From: Chamaesiphon sp.
GTDB taxonomy: Bacteria; Cyanobacteriota; Cyanobacteriia; Cyanobacteriales; Chamaesiphonaceae
Direction of reading: 5' to 3'
DNA length: 64,000 bases
Assembly: GCA_965246715.1 (NCBI GenBank)
Contig: CBDFFH010000051.1
Coordinates: forward strand, 32,001-96,000
Positions 21,128-31,030 of this stretch are shown here, one piece after another. How positions within the stretch are numbered: the stretch's first letter is position 1; the number at the start of each line of letters is the position of its first letter. The notes below the pieces were generated by a model. It had not been told where the DNA came from, made no database searches, and worked only from the letters and a program-made list of their open reading frames with translations. A program made the translations under genes and the position numbers.

Positions 21128-21578
21128 CATGAAAGCTTAAACCCCGATTTCCCTTAGTAATGGTGAATTTACAGTGACACAAGCATTACTAAAAAAGAAT
21201 TATTAAAATTCGTATTGCTATACTTAAAAAATTTAAAGTAGCGCTCTGAATCTATGTATCTAATTTACACGGTTAAATCGATAGGTACATCAGCCATTTC
21301 ATGTAAATCACTCACCCGATCGCTAACCCAAAGATTGAGAAGTCGTGAATTGATTTTGGCTCATACTCTACAGCTCGATCGCCTCAGAATACTATCTGAT
21401 GAGAGAGATTGAATTCAGGTGTAAGTGTACCAACTATCTAGTAGATTTGGCTCAGACATCCGCAAATAGGCACAGATTTAGAGGTAGGCAACTCTTACCT
21501 AACTCGATGCGCGATCTCAGACAGCGCTTGCGATCAGTAATTTTTAATCCGAACGGATTCTAGCTAAGCTACTAAAAA

Positions 21579-22964
21579 TCAAGCTGACTCTGGTTTCGGC
21601 ACTGAAGCAGGGTGAATGAGTAATTCTGCTGTCGATCGTTTCTCGACCATTTCGCGGGTGATGATACAACGGGTCAAATCTTTGCGTGAGGGCAACTCAT
21701 ACATCACATCGAGCATTAGTTCCTCAACGATGCCCCGTAAGGCTCTGGCTCCAGTTTTGCGGCGGTGAGCTTCTTTTGCGATCGCCCGGATGGCATCGGG
21801 ATGAAACTCTAACGCAACATTATCCATATGTAGCAGCTTTTCATACTGCTTGACAAGCGCACTACGCGGCTCGGTCAAGATTGACACCAGGGTATTTTCG
21901 TCTAGTGGATTGAGCGTCGCGATCACTGGCACACGTCCGATGAATTCGGGAATTAGCCCATATCGCACCAAATCTTCAGGTTCGAGATGTTTCATCATAT
22001 CGGCAGCACGTTGTTCGCGGGTGAGGTTCTCGCCCTGCTGGATGAAGCCCATCGACTTTTTGCCTAGTCGCTGTTCGACGATCTTGTCTAGTCCGACAAA
22101 TGCCCCACCACAGATAAACATAATGTTGCTGGTATCGATTTGAATACAGTCCTGATAGGGGTGCTTTCTACCGCCTTGGGGGGGAACGCTAGCGATGGTG
22201 CCTTCAAGCATCTTTAGCAAGGCTTGTTGCACGCCTTCCCCTGAGACATCACGGGTGATTGAGGGATTTTCACTTTTACGGGCGATTTTATCGATTTCAT
22301 CGATATAGATGATGCCGCGCTGAGCTTCTTCGACATCTAAGTCGGCAACTTGCAGTAGTCGCAGCAGAATATTTTCGACATCTTCGCCGACATAACCTGC
22401 CTCGGTGAGGGTGGTTGCATCCGCAACCGCAAAGGGCACATCCAGAACTTTTGCGAGGGTTTGAGCCAGCATGGTTTTGCCGCAACCAGTCGGCCCGATT
22501 AAGAGAATGTTCGATTTTTGGAGTTCGACACCATCATCGGAGGCATTGGCTTTGTGGATGCCATTGACACCCGTGGGTGGGGTAGCGGGTGGATTGCTGC
22601 CTTTGGCTTGAGCATAGCTCAACCGCTTGTAGTGGTTATAGACCGATACCGAGAGCACTTTCTTGGCTTCATCTTGACCGATAACGTGTTCGTCGAGATA
22701 CTTTTTCAACTCGCGCGGTTTGGGCATCTGACTCAGATTCATCGGTACGGCTTCGCGCCGTTTGCGCGGTGGCTCCGTTTTGGCCGGAGGATGCGGCATC
22801 GGGCCATTCGGGTCTAGCAATTCTTCGTCAAGGATTTCATTACATAGTTCGACACATTCATCACAAATATAAACCCCCGGCCCAGCAATCAACTTGCGGA
22901 CTTGTTCCTGTGATTTGCCACAAAAAGAACACTTGAGATGGGAGTCATATTTGGTGGTTGACAT
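21579..22964 (-). CDS. clpX: ATP-dependent Clp protease ATP-binding subunit ClpX
   Basis: CSFCGK...ICDEC zinc finger, GPTGCGKT Walker [22 protein letters not shown]. Confidence 0.98.
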   Translation of the reverse strand: MSTTKYDSHLKCSFCGKSQEQVRKLIAGPGVYICDECVELCNEILDEELLDPNGPMPHPPAKTEPPRKRREAVPMNLSQMPKPRELKKYLDEHVIGQDEAKKVLSVSVYNHYKRLSYAQAKGSNPPATPPTGVNGIHKANASDDGVELQKSNILLIGPTGCGKTMLAQTLAKVLDVPFAVADATTLTEAGYVGEDVENILLRLLQVADLDVEEAQRGIIYIDEIDKIARKSENPSITRDVSGEGVQQALLKMLEGTIASVPPQGGRKHPYQDCIQIDTSNIMFICGGAFVGLDKIVEQRLGKKSMGFIQQGENLTREQRAADMMKHLEPEDLVRYGLIPEFIGRVPVIATLNPLDENTLVSILTEPRSALVKQYEKLLHMDNVALEFHPDAIRAIAKEAHRRKTGARALRGIVEELMLDVMYELPSRKDLTRCIITREMVEKRSTAELLIHPASVPKPESA

Positions 22965-23352
22965 ATTATTAAGGAATGTGCTTCGTGAAGCAAGAAATAT
23001 AGGTGGGATGTGTAAATCAGATCTTTGAACAACGCGATCGAGAAGGTAACTATTGTTTGTTAGTTATGAACTCGCTATTTGATGCGATCGCGCTAACGGT
23101 TCAGAGTGCTCCGAAATCGCCGAGCGATCGAGTCCAAATTAGCTTGGAGTTGCCAGCCGCAAGCTAATTCGCTGTCAGTACGATCTCGTACCGATCGATC
23201 TTAGATTCGCTGCCAGGTTAGCTCACGCTGCAACTTTAGTCAATACCGATCGCCATTCAAACAGCTTACTGACAACACCTCAGCTGAGGTGTGGAACGGA
23301 TCGGTTGTCAACCTTGGCGCAAAGCACCATCACGATTACCGCACAGGGCGAG

Positions 23353-23997
23353 TTACCGCTGGACGATCCGATCGATCAGACCATATGCTTGCGTTTCCTC
23401 AGGCGACATCCAAAAATCCCGCTCGGTATCTTCAGCTATTTTCGCTAAAGGTTGTCCGGTATGCTCTGCCAGCAATCCGTTGAGACGATTTTTTAGATAC
23501 AAAATTTCCCGAGCTTGAATCTCGATATCCACAGCTTGTCCTTGAGCGCCACCGAGCGGTTGGTGGATCATGATCCGCGAATTGGGCAAGGACATCCGTT
23601 TGCCTGGTGCGCCGCTCGCGAGTAAAAATGCCCCCATGCTCGCTGCCAAACCGTAACAAATCGTTACAACATCGGGACGAATTTGTTGCATTGTATCGTA
23701 GATTGCCATCCCTGCTGTAATCGATCCACCAGGAGAATTGATATATAGCTGGATGTCTTTTTCAGGATCTTCTGCTTCGAGAAATAACATTTGGGCACTC
23801 AATGTGCTCGCCATATTATCATTTACATCAGTACCCAAGAAAATAATTCGTTCGCGTAATAATCGCGAATAAATATCGAATGCTCGTTCGCCAACTCCAG
23901 ACTGCTCTACTACCATCGGCACCACGTTGGCACCTGCATAAATTTCGCTCTGATTGTAACTGGCGATCGACCCGTGAGTAGATTTCGATACAAACAT
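23353..23997 (-). CDS. clpP: ATP-dependent Clp protease proteolytic subunit
   Basis: [20 protein letters not shown] (Ser), MIHQP (His), TERD. Confidence 0.98.
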   Translation of the reverse strand: MFVSKSTHGSIASYNQSEIYAGANVVPMVVEQSGVGERAFDIYSRLLRERIIFLGTDVNDNMASTLSAQMLFLEAEDPEKDIQLYINSPGGSITAGMAIYDTMQQIRPDVVTICYGLAASMGAFLLASGAPGKRMSLPNSRIMIHQPLGGAQGQAVDIEIQAREILYLKNRLNGLLAEHTGQPLAKIAEDTERDFWMSPEETQAYGLIDRIVQR

Positions 23998-24172
23998 AAT
24001 CCTATTGGCAATATAACTGCGAACTAATATTTTTTTAAGAGTCGAGCACCGATTTACTCGATATTAACTGAATTATACCAATCTCTACTCACTCTGAGCG
24101 ATTTAGCGTGGAACTTCGCGGGTACGGATGTTACGGTAAGACCGCAATCGACCCGCTCGATTCACCCAAGAA

Positions 24173-24206
24173 ATTGGCATCTCCTGTTTGTGGGAAGAGA
24201 TGCCAA
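24173..24206 (-). terminator. Hairpin after tig
   Basis: ATTGGCATCTC...GAGATGCCAAT 11-bp stem immediately after the tig stop codon. Confidence 0.55.
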
Positions 24207-24212
24207 TCAGTT

Positions 24213-25604
24213 TTACTCAGCGACTGCTTCTGCTAGGATATCGATCGCTTCTGATTCGCCATCGATGTCATCTTCGGCATCTTTATCGTCTGCGGATTTG
24301 AGCGAACCTTCAAGTACTAATTCGATCTGGGCGCGTTCCTTGAGCCATTCTAAAGTTTTTTCCTTGCGGAGATCTTCAGTAATGAAACTATGGAGGCGAT
24401 TTTCATCGATATCTTGTCCGGCTAACTGCGGTAAAATTTCGGACATCTTCGCGGCGATATCTTCATCGGAGACACTAATGTTCTCTTTTTTGGCAATTTC
24501 TTCGATCGCGAGCTGCTGTTTGAGATTGTTAATTGCGTCAGGACGACAATTTTCCTTCATCTTCGGAATTGTTTCGCGGGTGAACAACTTATTGACATCC
24601 ATCCCATATTGGCTGAATTGATTGGCCATCTGGTTGAGGATATTCATCGTCTCGCGTTCGATCAGCGTTTCGGGTAAATCTACCGTCGCGACATCGATTA
24701 AGGCTTGTTCGATTGCGGTGGTGATATTCTGGTCGGTAGATTTTTTAGCTTGGTCTTGGAACTTGGTGACGAGAGATTCGCGGAATTCGGCGAGCGTATC
24801 GAAATCGCTTGCTTCCTTAGCAAAATCGTCGTCTAGCTCGGGTAACTCTTGCGCTTTGAGATCTTTGAGCACGACGTGAAACAATGCAGGCGCAGCAGCT
24901 AAATCTTCGCGGGGATAATCGGCGGGAAACACGACATCAACGTCCCGCGTATCGCCGATATTCATCCCGACAATCCCATTGACAAGATCGGCGATAAATT
25001 TCCCTTCAGAGAGTTCGATATCAAAATCATCGGCTTGAGCGCCACCGATTTCGGTACCATCTGCGAGCTTGCCACTATAGTCAACGACAGCAATATCATC
25101 TATCTGCGCGGCACGTCCCACAACTGGCACTGTCGTCGCCTTCTCGCGCTGCCGTTCTGCGATAAACCCATCGACTAGCGCCGGATCGTAGACGATTTCT
25201 TCAGCTTTAACAGCTAGTCCCGTATAAGTACCGAGTTCGACGGCTGGCGGTACATCTACCGCTGCCTTGAAGATTAATGTTTGTCCGGGGACATAGCTTT
25301 GGAGCAACTCTTCAAAATCGGAAGTAATTTGGTAGTTACCGATAGCTGGCACTTCAGCTTGTTTGATGGCCTCGTTCATTGCTGGTTCGAGCAATGCATC
25401 GAGGGCTGTTGCCTTGATTTGGGTTTGTCCCACCCGTTGTAAGATTACTTGCCGAGGAATTTTCCCTTTACGGAACCCAGGAATATTGGCATTGGTACTG
25501 AGCTTTTTAATTGCCTGTTCGTAATATTTAGTCGTTTGGTCTCCTGTAACTTCAATCTGCAAACCAATACGGCTTTGTTCGAGTTTTTCCTGGGTAACTT
25601 TCAT
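24213..25604 (-). CDS. tig: Trigger factor
   Basis: IPGFRKGKIP ribosome-binding motif, FKBP domain; tig-clpP-clpX order; start MKVTQEK. Confidence 0.97.
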   Translation of the reverse strand: MKVTQEKLEQSRIGLQIEVTGDQTTKYYEQAIKKLSTNANIPGFRKGKIPRQVILQRVGQTQIKATALDALLEPAMNEAIKQAEVPAIGNYQITSDFEELLQSYVPGQTLIFKAAVDVPPAVELGTYTGLAVKAEEIVYDPALVDGFIAERQREKATTVPVVGRAAQIDDIAVVDYSGKLADGTEIGGAQADDFDIELSEGKFIADLVNGIVGMNIGDTRDVDVVFPADYPREDLAAAPALFHVVLKDLKAQELPELDDDFAKEASDFDTLAEFRESLVTKFQDQAKKSTDQNITTAIEQALIDVATVDLPETLIERETMNILNQMANQFSQYGMDVNKLFTRETIPKMKENCRPDAINNLKQQLAIEEIAKKENISVSDEDIAAKMSEILPQLAGQDIDENRLHSFITEDLRKEKTLEWLKERAQIELVLEGSLKSADDKDAEDDIDGESEAIDILAEAVAE

Positions 25605-26058
25605 GGTGTCTATATCTAACAACAGTCAATGATGATGGGGATTGGTCTGGAAGATCGCGTAGTTATGATATGCTAAATCTAGAGCCAGTGAGATTATTTC
25701 AATCGCGCGCGGTTTGACTTGGCGCATCGCAAGTCTACTACTTTGGCAGACACACTATAGCCACATTTTCTAATGGAATGCGAAGTTTATCTGCACGATT
25801 TACCTAATAGATCATAGTACATTGCCGTTCGGTATTTGGTATTTAGTTAAGATAGTTGACTCGATCCCACTCGAACTGGTTCTCAGATGGCATTATTTAG
25901 ATAGTCATTTAGATTTAGTTTAGCTAGAGTATTTGTTAAAATCTGGATCTCGTTGCTCTTCCAGAGCGGCTACGCCAAAGGGATGCTAGACTGTCGATCG
26001 GCAAACATAAGATCGACACATTGTTGTTATCACCCAATTTTCAGTGGAGGCATCCTTC

Positions 26059-27090
26059 TTGTCCGAGTTATATCGCGTTGCTATTTTAGGAGCGACAGGT
26101 GCCGTTGGTACGGAATTAATTGAATTACTGGCAAGTCGCAATTTTCCGCTGTCCGAACTCAAATTGTTTGCCTCGTCCAAGTCAGCAGGAACGAAGTTAA
26201 AGTTTCGCGGTGCGGAAATTACGGTAGAAGTTGTAGACGATCGATCGTTCGATGGCATCGATATCGTCCTTGCCTCTGCTGGCGGTTCCACGTCCAAAGC
26301 ATTAGCCCAACAGATTGTCGCTGCTGGAGCCGTGACGATCGATAACTCCAGCGCGTTTCGGATGCGTCCCGATGTGCCGCTAGTTATTCCCGAAGTCAAC
26401 CCAGCAGCAGCGGCTCATCACCAGGGCATTATTGCCAATCCCAACTGTACGACAATTTTAATGGCAGTTGCGGTCTTTCCACTACATCAGGTGCAACCGA
26501 TTCAACGGATCGTGGCAGCAACCTATCAATCAGCTAGCGGTGCAGGTGCCCGAGCGATGGCTGAAGTTGAAACCCAAACCCGCGATATTTTAGATGGGAA
26601 AACACCCACACCCGAAATTTTCCCCTATCCGCTCGCATTCAATCTCTTTCCGCACAATACCCCGATCGACGAGAATGGTTATTGTGAAGAGGAGATGAAG
26701 ATGGTCAACGAAACTCGCAAGATTTTCGGCACTCCCGATCTGCGCGTTACGGCAACTTGCATCCGCGTTCCCGTCCTGCGTGCCCATTCGGAAGCAATTA
26801 ACCTCGAATTTGCCCATCCCTTCGATCCAGATAAGGCTCGATCGATCTTAGCGACCGCTCCTGGCGTAAAATTAGTCGAAGACTGGCAAGCTAATTATTT
26901 CCCGATGCCGATCGATGCTTCGGGCAAGGATGAGGTTTTAGTCGGTCGGATCCGTCAGGATATTTCACACCCTAATGGTCTAGAATTATGGCTGTGCGGC
27001 GACCAGATCCGCAAAGGCGCTGCGCTCAATGCCGTGCAGATTGCCGAATTGCTGATTGAGAATAAGTGGCTTAAGGGTAAGAAAGCTTAA
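26059..27090 (+). CDS. asd: Aspartate-semialdehyde dehydrogenase
   Basis: GATGAVG, IDNSSAFRM, ANPNCTT, YQSASGAG, RKGAALNAVQ; TTG start 8 nt after GGAGG. Confidence 0.97.
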   Translation: MSELYRVAILGATGAVGTELIELLASRNFPLSELKLFASSKSAGTKLKFRGAEITVEVVDDRSFDGIDIVLASAGGSTSKALAQQIVAAGAVTIDNSSAFRMRPDVPLVIPEVNPAAAAHHQGIIANPNCTTILMAVAVFPLHQVQPIQRIVAATYQSASGAGARAMAEVETQTRDILDGKTPTPEIFPYPLAFNLFPHNTPIDENGYCEEEMKMVNETRKIFGTPDLRVTATCIRVPVLRAHSEAINLEFAHPFDPDKARSILATAPGVKLVEDWQANYFPMPIDASGKDEVLVGRIRQDISHPNGLELWLCGDQIRKGAALNAVQIAELLIENKWLKGKKA

Positions 27091-27155
27091 CACTCCCTGC
27101 GCACAAAGGGTCTGCCCTAGCAGAGGAAATGAATTAGCGATCTGCGTAGATCCTA

Positions 27156-27229
27156 CCCACCCCGTCGCTGCACGCCACCCCTCCTAAGAGGGGAATTTAC
27201 CAGCCACTAGCCACTAGCCACTAGCCACT
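27156..27229. repeat. CCCACCCC...CCCCTCC/GAGGGG hairpin repeat followed by (GCCACTA)n STRR
   Basis: CCCACCCCGTCGCTGCACGCCACCCCTCCTAAGAGGGGAA, then CAGCCACTAGCCACTAGCCACTAGCCACTA; related hairpin at about 7043-7089. Confidence 0.6.
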
Positions 27230-27238
27230 ATCTACAAC

Positions 27239-28195
27239 ATGACGATCGATCTCGGACGAGTCATCACCGCAATGGTTACACCTTTCGATAAGGAGGGGAA
27301 CGTTCATTATGCCGAAGTAGAGAAACTGGCTGCTTATCTAGCCGCCAATGGTTCGGATGGCATCGTGGTATGTGGGACGACAGGGGAATCACCAACACTG
27401 AGTTGGGATGAAGAGTATCAATTGTTTCAAGTTGTCAAAGCAGCCGTAGCAGGGAAAGCAAAGGTAATCGCGGGGACTGGATCTAATTCCACCAGCGAAG
27501 CGATCGAAGCTACCCAAAAAGCTGCTAAACTAGGAGTAGATGCTAGTTTACAAGTAGTCCCGTATTATAATAAGCCGCCACAAATCGGTTTGTATCAGCA
27601 CTTCGCCGCGATCGCCTCGGCCTGCGATCTGCCGATGATGATTTATAATATCCCCGGACGTACTGGACAATCGCTGGAACCGGAAACGATCGCAAAGCTA
27701 GCTTTGCTAGATCGGATTGTCGCAATTAAGGAATCCTCGGGTAACCTAGATCTAGTAAGTCAAATTCGGAGTCTGACACCGCCAGAGTTTGCGATTTACT
27801 CAGGGGATGACTCGCTAACTTTACCGATCCTCACAGTGGGTGGTGTGGGAGTAGTAAGTGTCGCCAGTCATTTGGTAGGAAATAAAATCCAGGAAATGAT
27901 TCGCGCGTTTGAATCAGGTCAAAATCAGAGCGCGACCGAATTGCACATCGAAATGCTCCCACTATTCAAAGGATTATTTTTCGCGCCCAATCCGATGCCG
28001 ATCAAAGCAGCATTAAAACTGCAAGGCTGGGAAGTTGGTGGACTGAGACTGCCCATGTGCGAGTTACCCAGCGAACTGCTACCTTTACTCGAAAAAATTC
28101 TATACGAACACGGTCTAGAATCGGTAAAAAAACAGAGTAGTCCGAGCGATCGGCAAATACGCAGCCGAGAGATTGACCCAAGCTCGATAATATGA
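27239..28195 (+). CDS. dapA: 4-hydroxy-tetrahydrodipicolinate synthase
   Basis: [34 protein letters not shown]. Confidence 0.97.
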   Translation: MTIDLGRVITAMVTPFDKEGNVHYAEVEKLAAYLAANGSDGIVVCGTTGESPTLSWDEEYQLFQVVKAAVAGKAKVIAGTGSNSTSEAIEATQKAAKLGVDASLQVVPYYNKPPQIGLYQHFAAIASACDLPMMIYNIPGRTGQSLEPETIAKLALLDRIVAIKESSGNLDLVSQIRSLTPPEFAIYSGDDSLTLPILTVGGVGVVSVASHLVGNKIQEMIRAFESGQNQSATELHIEMLPLFKGLFFAPNPMPIKAALKLQGWEVGGLRLPMCELPSELLPLLEKILYEHGLESVKKQSSPSDRQIRSREIDPSSII

Positions 28196-28705
28196 TACAA
28201 CTAAAGTAACGAGGGAAATATATCGATTAATTCGGGTCTAATTTGAAGAGCTAGTGCCCCAAGCAGTGCCGATAGCACAGAATTAATACTCGTAAAATTT
28301 CAAAGCGACAAGGTTCGATCGATTGTAGTCTAGGTTTAAATACTCTTCGATCTGTAACTCAAACAACATAATAAATATTCAGTTAGTTTAATAATAACCA
28401 GTGCAAATTTCCAGCGCATAGTTTTCGCGAATTTATTAATCGTTCTCTCACAAATTCTCAGGCCAAGCGGCTATGCCAAGGCGCGGTCGAGCTACTTCTA
28501 TCGATTACTACCATAAATTGATGGACTAGAATGTGGAGCGGAATAAATCGCAACCTTGAATGTCATCCACATCCAATATTTTCGATCTTAACTACTCGTT
28601 AAACAGCTAATAGAATTCAATTGCTGTCGGGATTAAGCGAACGGATTGCTGTCATAGACGCAACCGACACAACAGTTTTGTCTAAATTTATCTTAAGTTA
28701 TCTAA

Positions 28706-30586
28706 ATGACCCCTATTCTCAAGTCAAACAAACAGCCTGTAGTTACCAAAAATAGCAACGAACCCACCCTCAAAATCATCCCACTCGGTGGTTTACATGA
28801 GATTGGTAAAAATACCTGCGTATTTGAAATAAACGACGAGATATTGTTGCTAGATGCAGGCTTAGCATTCCCCACCGATGGGATGCACGGTATCAATATC
28901 GTCTTGCCAGATATGACCTATCTGCGCGAGAATCAGCATAAAATCAAAGGAATGATCGTCACTCATGGTCATGAAGATCACATCGGTGGCATCCCTTATC
29001 ACCTGAAGCAATTTGACATTCCCGTCATCTATGGCCCGCGCCTCGCAATGGCACTGCTACAAGGTAAATTAGAAGAAGCTGGCGTAGCAGACCGGACGAA
29101 AATCAAGACAGTTCGCCCTCGCGATATCGTGCGGATCGGTGAATCCTTCTTCGTCGAGTTTATTCGGAATACGCACTCGATCGCCGATAGTTTTACGATC
29201 GCTTTGCATACTCCAGTCGGTGTCGTCATCCATACTGGCGACTTTAAATTCGACCATACCCCAGTTGATGGCGAAGCATATGACTATGCCAAGCTTGCCG
29301 AACATGGCGAAAAAGGTGTCTTGTGTCTGATCAGTGACTCTACCAACTCCGAAATCCCTGGCTTCACCCCATCCGAACGTTCTGTCTTCCCCAACCTTGA
29401 CAGGTTTATTTCCCAAGCAACCGGACGGGTAATGGTCACTACGTTCTCGTCATCCGTGCATCGGATCAATATGACGATCGAGATTGCCATGAAGTATAAC
29501 CGTAAAGTCTGCGTTGTCGGTCGATCGATGCTCAACGTGATCGCCCACGCCCGCAACCTCGGCTATATCAACTGTCCCGATGATGTCTTCGAGCCACTCC
29601 AGTCGGCAAATCATCTCCCCAAAGACCAAGTATTGATTCTCACCACGGGTTCTCAAGGTGAGACTCTGGCGGCGATGACGCGGATTGCTAACGGGCAACA
29701 TCGCCAAGTCCGGATTCAGAAGGGCGACACGATTATCTTCTCTGCTAACCCAATTCCTGGCAACACGATCGCGGTAGTTAACACGATCGACAAATTAATG
29801 ATGCAGGGTGCAAACGTCATTTACGGACGCGATAAAGGCATCCACGTTTCCGGACACGGCTGTCAGGAAGACCAGAAATTAATGCTGAGTCTGACTCGTC
29901 CGAAGTTCTTTATCCCCGTTCACGGCGAACACCGGATGCTGATCAAGCATTCCCAAACTGCTCAAAGTACTGGGATTCCAGCAGAAAATATGGTCATCAT
30001 CGATAACGGTGATATCGTCGAACTGACGGAGAATAGTCTGAGTAAGAACGGTAAAGTCAAGTCGGGCATCCAACTCGTCGATAATGCGGGTATCGTCCAC
30101 GACCAAACCAAGGTAATGGAAGAACGCACGCAATTGGCTGGCGATGGGGTGGTCACGGTGGCACTCGCGATCGGTCTTGACGGTAAGATGATGGCAACAC
30201 CGCAGGTAAATCTCCGGGGTGTAATTACGGCTGTCGAACAGTCATTGATTGCCGCCTTAATTAAGAAAACGATCGAAAATTGCTTGATCGATCGGTGGGA
30301 CAGGTTTGCACGCAAGTTTGAATCCGGACAGATGGATATCGACTGGGCGGGACTGCAAATCGAGTTGGAATTAGCATTACAACGTCTAGTTCGTCGCGAA
30401 TTGCAAAGTCGTCCGCTATTGGTGTTGATGATGCAAACACCTGAAGATGGCAAGGCTACGAAGACTACTCGTACTATTAATCCTGTTACCAATGATGTTA
30501 GCGATAACGATAGCAGCGATAGCAGCGATCGTCCCGCACCGATCGGTCGTCGCAAACAACGCTCGACTGCCAAAGTTGGCTCTTAA
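28706..30586 (+). CDS. rnj: Ribonuclease J
   Basis: PLGGLHEIGKN, THGHEDHIG, HTGDFK, HVSGH, PVHGE; dapA-rnj synteny. Confidence 0.97.
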   Translation: MTPILKSNKQPVVTKNSNEPTLKIIPLGGLHEIGKNTCVFEINDEILLLDAGLAFPTDGMHGINIVLPDMTYLRENQHKIKGMIVTHGHEDHIGGIPYHLKQFDIPVIYGPRLAMALLQGKLEEAGVADRTKIKTVRPRDIVRIGESFFVEFIRNTHSIADSFTIALHTPVGVVIHTGDFKFDHTPVDGEAYDYAKLAEHGEKGVLCLISDSTNSEIPGFTPSERSVFPNLDRFISQATGRVMVTTFSSSVHRINMTIEIAMKYNRKVCVVGRSMLNVIAHARNLGYINCPDDVFEPLQSANHLPKDQVLILTTGSQGETLAAMTRIANGQHRQVRIQKGDTIIFSANPIPGNTIAVVNTIDKLMMQGANVIYGRDKGIHVSGHGCQEDQKLMLSLTRPKFFIPVHGEHRMLIKHSQTAQSTGIPAENMVIIDNGDIVELTENSLSKNGKVKSGIQLVDNAGIVHDQTKVMEERTQLAGDGVVTVALAIGLDGKMMATPQVNLRGVITAVEQSLIAALIKKTIENCLIDRWDRFARKFESGQMDIDWAGLQIELELALQRLVRRELQSRPLLVLMMQTPEDGKATKTTRTINPVTNDVSDNDSSDSSDRPAPIGRRKQRSTAKVGS

Positions 30587-30597
30587 TTGAATTATAT

Positions 30598-30625
30598 GAT
30601 AGCAGCGATTGCGATCGCTGCTATC
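30598..30625. terminator. Hairpin after rnj
   Basis: GATAGCAGCGAT-TGCG-ATCGCTGCTATC 12-bp perfect stem. Confidence 0.65.
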
Positions 30626-30643
30626 TAACCGTAGAATTACGCA

Positions 30644-30730
30644 ACATCAGTTCGGGTTAAGGATATTGGCTCCGTTCTAGCACCGCCAACGATTTCAGTC
30701 TCTATGCTCTTCTTACTGCCGAATTAACGT
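30644..30730. mobile_element. 87-bp internally deleted MITE (inverted relative of 8767-8938)
   Basis: ACATCAGTTCGGGTTAAG left IR, degenerate right IR, flanked by TACGCA direct repeats; subterminal sequence matches the reverse complement of both ends of the 8767 element. Confidence 0.8.
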
Positions 30731-30736
30731 TACGCA

Positions 30737-31030
30737 ACGTCAGTTCGGGTTAAGAATTACCGATTAATGACTCCTAGCTTAGTTTCGGAACCGTCCCCAA
30801 CAAATCGACCCCAACCCACAGCTCGATTCCCATTGCGAAGCTAATGCGGAGCGCTAATCGATGCCAACAAACCAAACCTTGTGCAGGGGAGTTTGAGGGG
30901 CGGCACTCCGCCCTTCAACGGGGGGTCTGGGGGAAGCCTCCCCCAGATCCGGGTTCCACCCACCAGCAACCTCCAGGAAAGCACCAATCAAGAATGGCCT
31001 AAAACGGAGATCCTTAACCCGAACTGACGT
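30737..31030 (+). mobile_element. 294-bp MITE with perfect IS982-type IRs
   Basis: ACGTCAGTTCGGGTTAAG...CTTAACCCGAACTGACGT, identical to the IRs of the IS at 51665-52632; flanks TACGCA and TACTCA. Confidence 0.92.

Noticed and set aside
27091..27238. Lysine riboswitch between asd and dapA
   Set aside because: AGAGG is present but no L-box architecture is recognisable; the region is explained by a common hairpin repeat and an STRR array.
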